A stretch of 64,000 nt of DNA from positions 1-64,000 of the IMG/VR virus record IMGVR_UViG_3300044638_006750; one strand, written 5' to 3'. Shown here in pieces: positions 22,552 through 31,629 of this stretch; position 1 is the first letter of the stretch, and each line of letters starts with the position of its first letter. The notes beneath the pieces were generated by a model. It made no database searches. It worked only from the letters and a program-made list of their open reading frames with translations, and was not told the DNA's origin. The translations under genes and the position numbers were made by a program.

Positions 22552-22623
22552 CTGGCGAGACAGGATTCGAACCTGTAACCTAGCGGTTAACAGCCGCTTG
22601 CACTACCGTTGTGCTACTCGCCA
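22552..22623 (-). tRNA. tRNA-Asn(GUU)
   Basis: AGCGG-CT-GTT-AA-CCGCT; G73. Confidence 0.92.
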
Positions 22624-22627
22624 ATAA

Positions 22628-22698
22628 TTCCGGGACTACGATTTGAACGTAGAATAAAGGATCCAAAGTCCTCTGTGATACCGTTTCACCATCCCGGA
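22628..22698 (-). tRNA. tRNA-Gln(UUG)
   Basis: GAGGA-CT-TTG-GA-TCCTT; U1-A72. Confidence 0.9.
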
Positions 22699-22699
22699 G

Positions 22700-22771
22700 A
22701 GCCGACGAAAGGATTTGAACCTTCAACCTATTGATTACAAATCAATTGCACTACCGTTGTGCTACATCGGC
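22700..22771 (-). tRNA. tRNA-Thr(UGU)
   Basis: ATTGA-TT-TGT-AA-TCAAT; GCCGATG/CGTCGGC acceptor. Confidence 0.9.
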
Positions 22772-22775
22772 AATC

Positions 22776-22979
22776 TTAGATATCATACTCTTGTCGCCAC
22801 TCCCTGTCAATATCGTTTCTAGTACGGCGACGTTTGGAGCGACTATCGTATGTAGTGTTGACCCGATCCTCTCTGTGTCCCGTAGGCAGTTGCCATTGAG
22901 GCTTGACTTTGATTTTGATTGTGCGTCGGGGTTGTCGAGTATCGTCGTTGTTGTGGTGCATAGTCATGCCATTGTCCAT
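22776..22979 (-). CDS. Small basic protein (W..GH...D.R.KR.RTR family)
   Basis: Paralog at 32986-33156. Confidence 0.6.
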   Translation of the reverse strand: MDNGMTMHHNNDDTRQPRRTIKIKVKPQWQLPTGHREDRVNTTYDSRSKRRRTRNDIDREWRQEYDI

Positions 22980-23208
22980 TTTCGTGCAGATAGAAAACCT
23001 TGTCGATATTAGGATCGTAAGCCATCAAACAGTATTGTATCGGATAAACCGGCTTTGTCAAGACCTGCTTTTGAGGAAGTTTGGGTAACTTGATATCGCC
23101 TTTCTGATAGTCTTTTACACCATTATAAGCCAAACCAAAAATAGCAATCAAAACCCCGAGCCACTGGATCATTCTTTCGCCCCTTCTTGCTGTTCTTCGT
23201 GTCATCAT
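22843..23208 (-). CDS. Hypothetical membrane-anchored protein
   Basis: Hydrophobic WLGVLIAIFGLAY segment; first ORF after a promoter. Confidence 0.6.
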   Translation of the reverse strand: MMTRRTARRGERMIQWLGVLIAIFGLAYNGVKDYQKGDIKLPKLPQKQVLTKPVYPIQYCLMAYDPNIDKVFYLHENGQWHDYAPQQRRYSTTPTHNQNQSQASMATAYGTQRGSGQHYIR

Positions 23209-23263
23209 ACCATATTTATCGGCAATCGTCCAGCCAGGACTTGAGAAGATTTTTGATTTGCTC

Positions 23264-23341
23264 TAAAGTGTTGCGAGATAAGCACTTATGACGAATCCGG
23301 CCGGCCGCCCTTGCCCTAAGTGCTTTAGGGTCAAGGACTTG
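23264..23341. repeat. 78-bp element, copy 3
   Basis: TAAAG-N15-ACTTA-N28-TAAGT-N15-ACTTG. Confidence 0.9.
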
Positions 23342-23343
23342 TG

Positions 23344-23508
23344 TCAAAGGTCTTGCTCAGTCCGTATGTATTCCATAATGTCATCGCAATCCGTACACAC
23401 TGGTTCTCCCATTTCAGAATAATACCAAGGTTCTACATACGCATGATTATCGCACGATGGACATTCCCACAAGTGTCTAATCTTTTTATCGTCAACTATA
23501 ACCCACAT
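23344..23508 (-). CDS. 54-aa zinc-ribbon protein (absent from ORF track)
   Basis: MWVIVDDKKIRHLWECPSCD...PVCTDCDDIMEY...; follows ORF 23511 directly; stop abuts the element. Confidence 0.7.
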   Translation of the reverse strand: MWVIVDDKKIRHLWECPSCDNHAYVEPWYYSEMGEPVCTDCDDIMEYIRTEQDL

Positions 23509-23743
23509 AGTTATTTCTCCATAGTCCAGCCAGCTTTTTGTATCACCTTCGTACTTTTATAGACTTTCGTATCGGGTAGCGCTGTAGCATAATCCTTGAA
23601 TCCTCTTTCATCTACATAGAAATATTCATCCAGTACATCGAACTGATTTGTTTCCCACAAAGCATCTACTGCCGCACCGAACGGCTTTTTACCTGTGGAA
23701 TAAATCAACTCTAAAGTGCCACACTTAATATAGTATTTAGCCA

Positions 23744-24298
23744 TTATATACTCTCATATCTGCAAGCGGTACAGTTACAACTATGTTCAGTCAAACAATC
23801 CCAATCAATTGCTCCCCATATTTCTTCATCAACAAAACCGAAACTTTCAACGCCAAAATCTATTGGAACAAGTATATTGCCGCTTTTGCGTTTGATCCAT
23901 CCAAAGTTAGCACGATGAGCATCTACATAAGATAATCCATGATACTTTTCTAGCGTCCATACAACAGATTGAATATTGATTGAGTTAGAACATTCACTAT
24001 CAAAACATTCTCCGTCACAATATTCTTCATCATAACATTCGGCCATAGGCTTCGCAACCTCAGTGAGATAACCCCACTCCGTCAACTCTCCCGCGTAACG
24101 TATACGTCCAACATCCCCATAAACTTTTGGAGCCATAGCCATATCGGCCAACCCACTCTGAATACGATGGGCAAAGTCAGCGTTGTCTTTATCCTGAAAA
24201 CATTTAAAACCAAGCCTCTTATTCCCAACAATCCTAAAGAAAGTATTCCTACTTCCTGCATCATCATACAATCCAACATAAGAACTAGGCATTATCAA
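23744..24298 (-). CDS. Protein-kinase-like fold protein
   Basis: GFKCF (beta3 Lys), APKVYG, catalytic-loop-like DAHRAN, IDFG. Confidence 0.65.
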   Translation of the reverse strand: MIMPSSYVGLYDDAGSRNTFFRIVGNKRLGFKCFQDKDNADFAHRIQSGLADMAMAPKVYGDVGRIRYAGELTEWGYLTEVAKPMAECYDEEYCDGECFDSECSNSINIQSVVWTLEKYHGLSYVDAHRANFGWIKRKSGNILVPIDFGVESFGFVDEEIWGAIDWDCLTEHSCNCTACRYESI

Positions 24299-24537
24299 CT
24301 CCCAAGGCTAATCACAACAGTATTATCGTACTTTCCAAACTCTACAATAATATCAAAATCATTATCGTCAAGTATAGACTGTAGCGTTTCCTGACTAATA
24401 AGAGTGTCTGTATTGGTACCAAAACTAATATCACTATTAGAAATGGCTTCCATCACACTACCATAGTCCAACTCGTTATAGTCACAAACTTCTCTAAGGT
24501 CGAGATATTCCCAAGCATAACTTTTCATATTTTATCC

Positions 24538-25242
24538 TTAGTGTGCAGGAAACAATACGTTAGCCAGACCCTTGACGCACATATCGCATGATATACTATC
24601 TTTAGTTCCGGTGCAAGTGATAACCGAGCGACCGCGACGGATTTCTGGACAAACCACAAACTTAGTCGCATTGAGAACAACCAGTTTCGGCAACGCTTTC
24701 CGCCATGCGTCGGCCTTTGCCTTGTTTTTCGGACGCTTAGGTGCAACCTTCATATCGCTATCACACCATGCGAACAGTTTGAAACCTTGGGCCAGTGCTT
24801 CGCCCATGTCGTTATCATCATGCACACTAGCGTATACATTCATATACTTTTGCAGACTCACAAGCCGGGAATCGTAGATATGAGTATAGAACCACATATC
24901 GGGCAGCGTATCGCCATCGGCCAGGATACTCTCACAAGCCCATGTCACGTTGGCAACATAGTCTAGGTCAAGTTCACCATTGAGAAACCAATCGCCACGC
25001 TCATGCCACCGAATAGACTTCTCACGACGCTTTGCGTCCAGAATCATAGCACGGATTTTATTCTTCTCGGTCACGACATTAGCAAAACCAGCAGTACGAG
25101 CGTTCTTATACTGCTTCTCAGTTTGCTCTGCATAGCAACCGTTGTCAAGATAATCACAATCAGGAGGACAAGTGTCCCCAACAGGACGAGAAACAACAAC
25201 ACAACCCTTGCCCAACTTATCGTTACCATCTGCCGTTTTCAT
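24538..25242 (-). CDS. Gp88-like Cys-rich protein
   Basis: TCPPDC...GCYA, IRWHERGD, WFYTH, VCPE...TC...CDMC. Confidence 0.6.
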   Translation of the reverse strand: MKTADGNDKLGKGCVVVSRPVGDTCPPDCDYLDNGCYAEQTEKQYKNARTAGFANVVTEKNKIRAMILDAKRREKSIRWHERGDWFLNGELDLDYVANVTWACESILADGDTLPDMWFYTHIYDSRLVSLQKYMNVYASVHDDNDMGEALAQGFKLFAWCDSDMKVAPKRPKNKAKADAWRKALPKLVVLNATKFVVCPEIRRGRSVITCTGTKDSISCDMCVKGLANVLFPAH

Positions 25243-25327
25243 GGTTTTCTCCTAGCGTGTCTCTCGATTCTACACTAGATTATCGGCACAGTCAAGAGGA
25301 AAACTTTAGAGAGAAAAAGATTTGTCG

Positions 25328-25405
25328 TAAAGTCTTATGGGGTCAGCACTTACGACGAACCCGGCCGCCCGAATTTGTTCTAAGTCTTTACCCTTAAAGA
25401 ACTTA
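25328..25405. repeat. 78-bp element, copy 4
   Basis: TAAAG-N15-ACTTA-N28-TAAGT-N15-ACTTA. Confidence 0.9.
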
Positions 25406-25462
25406 GGAGTACTTCACACAGTTTTAAAAACTGCTCAGTAGTTTCAGCATCGTTTTTCATAA

Positions 25463-25534
25463 TAGCCCCAAGAGGAATCGAACCTCTAATACAGGATTAG
25501 AAATCCCGTGTTATATCCGTTTAACTATGGGGCC
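25463..25534 (-). tRNA. tRNA-Arg(UCU)
   Basis: CGGGA-TT-TCT-AA-TCCTG; GGCCCCA/TGGGGCT acceptor. Confidence 0.85.
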
Positions 25535-25806
25535 GCATTGCTATTATAACATAACCCACTCAACGCCGCAAGCCCCCGTGGCGTCCCACGGAGGCATTTG
25601 CGGTTTTATGGTGTTATCGGCTACCATCTCCATAAGTAATATACTCTAGAAGCCCAATAACTTCAAGGTCACCATCCTATTATTGGCTGGTTAGGCTCTT
25701 CTAGGTTGCACCTTTAAGTCTTGCAACGGACTATCATTACGCGGGAGTTATCCCGCCGCACTATGCCTAAAATCTATTTATACTGGCATAGTCCAGTTTG
25801 TTGATG

Positions 25807-26094
25807 TTAGGCGATTGCCTCCTCCTTGGCAACCTTGCCATCGTGAGCGTCACCAGCCTGTTCGGCAGTTACGCCAGTGACGCGGGCACGCCACACCTTA
25901 TAACCTTGCTCGCTAAACGCCTTGACCTCACCAGCCTTGACATTAGCGTGAATGTCGCTGGACAGCGAACCACTCAGGCACTCACGAATCGAATCAACAA
26001 CACTGTCACGATCCAGTTCGTCCGCAACAATATCAACCGCAAAAGAAAACTTCTTCATAGTAATCAACCTTTCCAAAAGTGTTACAGTTACCAA
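25807..26094 (-). CDS. Hypothetical protein
   Basis: GAAAGG RBS before the internal MKKFSF; probable start near 26058. Confidence 0.65.
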   Translation of the reverse strand: MVTVTLLERLITMKKFSFAVDIVADELDRDSVVDSIRECLSGSLSSDIHANVKAGEVKAFSEQGYKVWRARVTGVTAEQAGDAHDGKVAKEEAIA

Positions 26095-26265
26095 TCACAT
26101 ACTACCAGTATACGCTACTGATAGCCACTTGTCAAGTCTGCCATGAAGGTTTCTTTCGTTGGCATCGTGGCAGCCACTTGCTTCGTGTTCCATCATTCTA
26201 CAGTATATTATCGGCATTGTCAAGGCCGAACTTGAGGAGTTACTCAAAAATTTTTTCTTTTGTCC

Positions 26266-26343
26266 TAAGTCGTTTAGCCGTAAGGACTTACGTCGAACCC
26301 GGCCCGCCTGCCTAGTCCTAAGTTCTTTAGGGACAAGGCTTTA
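26266..26343. repeat. 78-bp element, copy 5
   Basis: TAAGT-N15-ACTTA-N28-TAAGT-N15-CTTTA. Confidence 0.9.
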
Positions 26344-26345
26344 GG

Positions 26346-26720
26346 TCATGAAAGATAACCCTCACAACCCAAAGTGGTCAGATCACGCAGCAGTGCCTCT
26401 GCCGCTTCCGGCGTTTTCAGAGTCATCGTATTTCGATTGGTGCCACTATCACGCCACTTACCGAACTGGTCGTAGTGACCAACAATCACATCCGTCCAAT
26501 CCTTGGCTTCTTTCAGACCCCATCCGGTGTGCAGTCGGATAGCCTTGATACAGTGAATACGGTTGTTTGTACTCATACCTCCGGTGATTGTCACCATACG
26601 ACGCTGATTCACACCCAGCGCCATCTCCAAGGCACACACGATCTTCTCGTACATGTCCAGATTGCAGCCGTTGGATACAAGGTTCAGGGCCTCACGCACA
26701 CTCAAATCAATCTTGATCAT
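26346..26720 (-). CDS. Protein with a ribosomal protein bL12 (L7/L12) C-terminal-like domain
   Basis: NRIHCIKAIRLHTGWGLKEAKDW and EAAEALLRDLTTLG match the bL12-CTD pattern KIxxIKxxRxxTGxGLKEAK...EAE.L...L...G. Confidence 0.75.
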   Translation of the reverse strand: MIKIDLSVREALNLVSNGCNLDMYEKIVCALEMALGVNQRRMVTITGGMSTNNRIHCIKAIRLHTGWGLKEAKDWTDVIVGHYDQFGKWRDSGTNRNTMTLKTPEAAEALLRDLTTLGCEGYLS

Positions 26721-27199
26721 ATTCCAAAACTTTCTGTATACTTAGGGTCTATCTCGTAAATGCCGTCAAAATTTCCGTTGCGTTCTTCTAGAACATATAC
26801 CTGTTTGCCATGAGTAATCAAGGTATCATATTCACTATTGTCCCAAATAAACTCGTTGTTGTCACTTTCTCGTCGCCAGTGCGGATCACGAAGTGGATTA
26901 TAGAACAACTTTTCCAGATTGTCAATAGGCAAAATCGGGTAAAAGTCCTTACGCAACATCACCTCATCACACCTTACCCATCCACTCACATCATGCACAC
27001 CAGCCTCAAATACCTGTTTAGCCTTATTCGGCCTATTCCACAACTTACAACCCCTCATCTCCAACTGATATTCAGCAGGATCATAATAGCAAACCTCAAC
27101 AGTCTTTCCTCCCTGCTTAACTTTAATTTGCCAGTGCATATAGTGGGATCCACCACCCAAATGAAATCTCACTTCTCCATACAAAGGTTTCTGTTTCAT
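26717..27199 (-). CDS. Hypothetical protein (VRFHL...HWQIK family)
   Basis: Overlaps the start of 26720; own promoter at about 27208-27235. Confidence 0.7.
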   Translation of the reverse strand: MKQKPLYGEVRFHLGGGSHYMHWQIKVKQGGKTVEVCYYDPAEYQLEMRGCKLWNRPNKAKQVFEAGVHDVSGWVRCDEVMLRKDFYPILPIDNLEKLFYNPLRDPHWRRESDNNEFIWDNSEYDTLITHGKQVYVLEERNGNFDGIYEIDPKYTESFGI

Positions 27200-27436
27200 A
27201 CTTATACTATACTCTATCGTTCAGTTGTTGTCAATAGACCCTATACACTGGCTGACTACATCCACCCTATCCGAATCCGAAGGATTAGACAAGACAGATA
27301 GATTGGGTTATGCCATACTCGGCTTTGCATTTAACCGTGGCTTCTTTGATATCATTCTGCCAGCGGCCCTCATCTATCGTCTGCCTTAGTATACATCTAT
27401 TATCGGCAAGAGTCAAGAGAAGTCTTTAGAAAATCG

Positions 27437-27514
27437 CAAAGTGTTGAACTATAAGCACTTACGACGATTTCGGCCCGCCGAACTTGTCCTAAGTCTTTAT
27501 GTGATCACTAGTTA
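27437..27514. repeat. 78-bp element, copy 6
   Basis: CAAAG-N15-ACTTA-N28-TAAGT-N15-AGTTA. Confidence 0.88.
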
Positions 27515-27636
27515 GCAACATACCACCAATGGCAGTTTGCACAGAAGTGCCATATAATACCATAGTCATGGTCATATTTGTATACTAGAACATCACATTT
27601 GCCACACGGACAAATATCGCTAAGTGTTTTAAGCAT
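27508..27636 (-). CDS. 42-aa Cys-rich peptide (absent from ORF track)
   Basis: MLKTLSDICPCGKC...HFCANCHWWYVAN; overlaps the stop of 27629; its TAG lies inside the element. Confidence 0.55.
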   Translation of the reverse strand: MLKTLSDICPCGKCDVLVYKYDHDYGIIWHFCANCHWWYVAN

Positions 27637-28930
27637 TGTCTCGCACCAATTCTATATACTTGTTCACAAGTTCAGGAGCTGATATCTCATGCAGCCCAAT
27701 CAATTCTTTAACCTTGTTTCTCTGAGCATTACTCATTGCACTCATACGAGAGTTAAGAAAATTCAGAACATAGATAATGGCTTGCTCACGATTCATATCA
27801 CAAGCTTCCACAGTATTTAAGTCTCTAAAGTTTTTAGCCATTAGGATAATCCTCTGGGTAGTCTTTTGCAGGCTTAATCGGTCTGCTCATCACACCATCA
27901 TCTGGCATCCACCACGGAGCATCCATTCGGTCAACCAAGCCGGGAGATTCATGACAAAAAATCAGATGTGGACTGAACGGATCATTCTCAGAATAAGAAT
28001 ACTCTCCAGCCCACACGCCAATATGCTCACCATAGTACCAGATACCCTGCCCGTGCTCTGGTTGCTTCTCAAAGAAACTAATCCATTCCATCAGGAAGTC
28101 TCCTCAGTATTTCCATCCATCAGCTTATTAAATACATTCTCCTGCATCTTCATAAACTGTTTCTGATTGCCCCAATACTCTCCGCGTTCCATATTCTCAC
28201 ATACCAGATTATACAGATAGTTCAGTTCGGTTTTGGTCAGTTCAATCGTTGTAGTTTTCATTACCAATTCTCCGGCATAGGAATCTCACCAAAACTAGTA
28301 TAGCATACGACGCCATGACTGTCAATCTTCATGGTTCCCTCATTAACAAAGGGCGTCCATTCTGGCAAACCATCGTCAAATTCACCATGCGTCCACTGCC
28401 CCCATCCACCCCTATCCTTATCCCACATAAGAACCATAGGACAATCATATCCAGCAACGCAACACAGATACTCATCATCTATAATAGGATCGCCATAATG
28501 CCAATTCATTTTACTTTCTTCTTTTTCTTCTTCTTAGGCTTACTAGGCAACTTAGTCTCTATCTCAATCTCTTCTATTCTAACCGGTCTTAGCGTATTGT
28601 CCATAGCATCAAACCATGCTTCGGCAATCTTTCTGGTTTTACAGACCATCTGGGTTTCTTCATGGATACAACCAGCCCCATACTCACAGATAATAGCGTA
28701 ACCTTTCATTTTCCCCTCCCAATAATCAAGCACTTCTCACCCTTATCTCCATCCATATGGCTCACAGACTCATGAGGACCATAATACCACCTATCCTTAT
28801 CGTTCACATTGAAAACAATCTCGTCAGTCTTCAATCCGACATCATTATATCCACCCTCATATCCAAGCGTAAGAACCCGCATATCGGACGGATAGTTCTT
28901 CAACTGCTCAATAAACTCTGCAATGGTCAT
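27629..28930 (-). CDS. Operon of small hypothetical ORFs (28706-28930, 28506-28733, 28261-28509, 27834-28091, 27629-27841)
   Basis: Coupled ORFs behind a sigma70-like promoter at about 28948-28976. Confidence 0.7.
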
Positions 28931-29011
28931 GATCTCTCCTTTTCCAGCATTCTACCATCTATTTTCTATCTGTCAAGAGTATTAAAATACCGGCTGTTAA
29001 TGGATCGACTT

Positions 29012-29084
29012 ACCAGATAACAGGATTCGAACCTGTAACTCCTCTCATCTCTGAGTGGAACTCTGCCATTTGAGTTATATCCAG
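29012..29084 (-). ncRNA. tRNA-like RNA or pseudo-tRNA with a GAGA-tetraloop stem instead of an anticodon loop
   Basis: D arm ACTC-AAATGGCA-GAGT; T arm ACAGG-TTCGAAT-CCTGT; middle TCC-A-CTCA-GAGA-TGAG-A-GGA. Confidence 0.6.
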
Positions 29085-29456
29085 CGATAGTTTTACGATT
29101 AATGTCCGGTATCACGCATTAACCAACCACAGACCGTCATTTGGTGGTTTCTATCCGACCCCTGTTTGTAACCAGCGAATCTTTTACGCCCCGATTCTAT
29201 AACCCACCAATACTCCGATATTATGAACCCTTGGAGCAAGGTAAACACTGGTGGAAACCGTCCACGGAAATCCTCCCTGCAAATAAGGTGGTATTGCGCA
29301 TATAACCCTATTTGGTCTGGCTCTTGGAACGGTTACTGGTTGTTTGGTATCCGGCTGTTGTTTCAGTGATTCTACCCGATGAAAGATAAAATGCAAGCGC
29401 ATTGTTGCAGTGTTAATTCACTCTATTACCCGATGAAGGATAATACCGGATTGTAT

Positions 29457-29594
29457 TGGAGCGTGACCAAGGATTCGCACCTTAGTAGATTGGTATACTA
29501 TCCTAACGTATAACCCCGTTAGGCAACCCCACGCTGCATAACAGACCGTAGGTTTATCGTACAGGTTATCCCAATCTAGTCGCTAGACTCACGC
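29457..29594 (-). ncRNA. tRNA-like RNA with a pseudoknotted insert, copy A
   Basis: GCGTGA/TCACGC acceptor plus TCCA end; T-like arm TAAGG-TGCGAAT-CCTTG; insert closed by TAGATTGG/CCAATCTA. Confidence 0.72.
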
Positions 29595-29601
29595 ATTATA
29601 T

Positions 29602-29743
29602 TGGTCGTAATGAGGACGCCATCCCCCATAGATTAGCATTACTATACAACGTATAAGCCCGTTGTCAACCCCATCTCTGCCGAGACATGCGGGGTTTATC
29701 GTAATGGCTTATCCTAATCTAGTCCCGTCGCATGGACCTACGA
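29602..29743 (-). ncRNA. tRNA-like RNA with a pseudoknotted insert, copy B
   Basis: TCGTAG/TTACGA stem plus CCA; GTCC/GGAC arm; insert closed by TAGATTAG/CTAATCTA; covaries with copy A. Confidence 0.7.
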
Positions 29744-29836
29744 AAGTTTGTTTTGTCTTACTCAATCATTCTACATCTATTATCGTCACTTGTCAAGAGC
29801 CATCTGTAGGAATTCCAAAAATTTTTTGTATTGATG

Positions 29837-29914
29837 TAACCCTATGATACACAAGCACTTACGACAAACTCGGCGGGCCACCCTCGTCCTAAGTACCCTT
29901 GGGCAAAGCACTTA
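29837..29914. repeat. 78-bp element, copy 7
   Basis: TAACC-N15-ACTTA-N28-TAAGT-N15-ACTTA. Confidence 0.9.
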
Positions 29915-29929
29915 GGGCGAAGGGACGAT

Positions 29930-30409
29930 CTAGGCGTTTACTTCCTCATCGTCTTTGAAAAACTCCTGCATATCATACTCGTTCCACAATGCTACAGGAA
30001 TCATATCCTTACTATTGTAGTCGCAGTAGTTATCAGCACCATTATCCCATATACCACAGAAAGCCATCCCCGGTTCCCAATAGGTTGCTCGTACATTATA
30101 TCCTAATTCTACAAGTTTCTCATATAAACCGACAGGAGGACTCCAGGCACTATCAAAAGAGCAACAAACCTCGTTATCAACCCTAGTGGCTTTCAAACCA
30201 TATCGTTCCTCTTTTTCTGTGCCAACATCGGCCCCAATATCCCACTTGGTTCCCCAGTTGTTGATTTGCCAGTTATACCAATCTTCGCCCTCCGGCAACG
30301 GCAAAAACTCACTACAAGCCTTACCTAGATTGTAGGCTTTCTCAAACCTATCAACCATATCCTTATTAGGATGGGAAACCGTCAACTTGTTCATGCACCA
30401 GTTAGGCAT
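29930..30409 (-). CDS. DUF1281/Api92-like ferredoxin-fold protein
   Basis: MPNWCMN, WYNWQINNWGTKWD, FDSAWSPP, YWEPGMAFCG. Confidence 0.8.
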   Translation of the reverse strand: MPNWCMNKLTVSHPNKDMVDRFEKAYNLGKACSEFLPLPEGEDWYNWQINNWGTKWDIGADVGTEKEERYGLKATRVDNEVCCSFDSAWSPPVGLYEKLVELGYNVRATYWEPGMAFCGIWDNGADNYCDYNSKDMIPVALWNEYDMQEFFKDDEEVNA

Positions 30410-31121
30410 ATAAACCTTTCAGTTTAGGGTTGTGGTCAATGCTTCATAGCGAGCATCACGCTTGGCTGCTTCCAAAGCCTTGCAGAAAAACTGATGAAAG
30501 TCATCCAAGTCAGCATGAATCTCTTGCTCTGTTTTGCCAATAGAAAGAATCATTCTCATAGCAAAAGCAGCGACATGATCCGCAATCAGACTCTTTTCTT
30601 CTTCAGACAGGCTCATTTTTTACCTCTTTAGCGTCAGCGATCCAATCCCCAATATACACTCGTTCTACAAACAATCTATCGCCATACTTCATGTTAGCCA
30701 TACGTATAGCGTCCCATTCGCTAAACGCTTTGACATATCCAACCAGCCGACAGTCTTTGACCACGGCCCAAGTATACATTGTCATTCATCTTCCTCCACG
30801 CCCCCAAACATCTCATCCCACGTTTCTGCGTCAATACCGGTCATGAGAATCTCACGATCATCGGCATTGAGATACGGGAAGCAGTTTTGAATCAAACCGC
30901 CATTCAGCCATTCGTTAGCATCACTCAGTTTTGTGGTAATGCTAAACGGACGACCACCCACACTGATACCGCTAAACACCACATCGTCACCGACAACATT
31001 TCGGTCAACCGCATCAGTCATAGCATATCGAGTCAACATCTTTTTTCTCCTTGTGTTCACCGATTCTATCATGTATTATCGGCTTGTCAAGAGGAAAAAC
31101 CTTAGAAAAAGTTTCGCTATC

Positions 31122-31199
31122 TAAACCCTTGTCGGATAAGGACTTACGTCATGCGGGGCGGCGCGGCCTTACCCTAAGTGCTGCAATAGCAACACCTTA
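31122..31199. repeat. 78-bp element, copy 8
   Basis: TAAAC-N15-ACTTA-N28-TAAGT-N15-CCTTA. Confidence 0.9.
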
Positions 31200-31221
31200 G
31201 GGCTTGGCTCGACATTTGATA

Positions 31222-31629
31222 CTAGAACATCATCGCGGCCAAACCGCTCTTGAACAAAGCACCAGCCAGCAAAGGTCTACGACAGTTGGTAGTACGCTCT
31301 GCGTAGAAGTTACGAACACTGCCATTCGGCATCTTGCAAGTAACAAGATGACTGGTACGCACAAACTGCGGATCATTACGACGATACGCACTACGGGTAT
31401 TCAGTCTTCGGATACTTGCACTGTCCAGAGTATGAACATCCAGAACCTTAGCAAGATAACGCTCAGGATCGCCCTTTGCGGGCTGTTCATAAACAAAGTT
31501 ATACACTTCGCCAACCTTTGCTGTACTCAGTGATCCATGCACACCACCGTACACAGAATACGTCAGGAATGCAATCACAGCAGTAGCAACAACAACAATA
31601 CCACCAATCACAAACGTCAAATCGCTCAT
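31222..31629 (-). CDS. Membrane-anchored hypothetical protein
   Basis: N-terminal TM helix; GAAAGGG RBS; own promoter. Confidence 0.7.
   Translation of the reverse strand: MSDLTFVIGGIVVVATAVIAFLTYSVYGGVHGSLSTAKVGEVYNFVYEQPAKGDPERYLAKVLDVHTLDSASIRRLNTRSAYRRNDPQFVRTSHLVTCKMPNGSVRNFYAERTTNCRRPLLAGALFKSGLAAMMF

Noticed and set aside
25463-25534. CUA suppressor reading of the loop TTTCTAA
   Set aside because: Stem register gives UCU (Arg).
27300-27370. c-di-GMP-I riboswitch (GCAAAGCC)
   Set aside because: The GNRA tetraloop/receptor and P2/P3 architecture are missing.
29184-29402. 72-aa minus-strand ORF
   Set aside because: No RBS, atypical composition, and it overlaps RNA hairpins.
29370-29445. 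Hammerhead ribozyme core
   Set aside because: The sequence is CCGATGA rather than CTGATGA, lies on the strand opposite the promoter, and is better explained as UUCAUC-loop hairpins.
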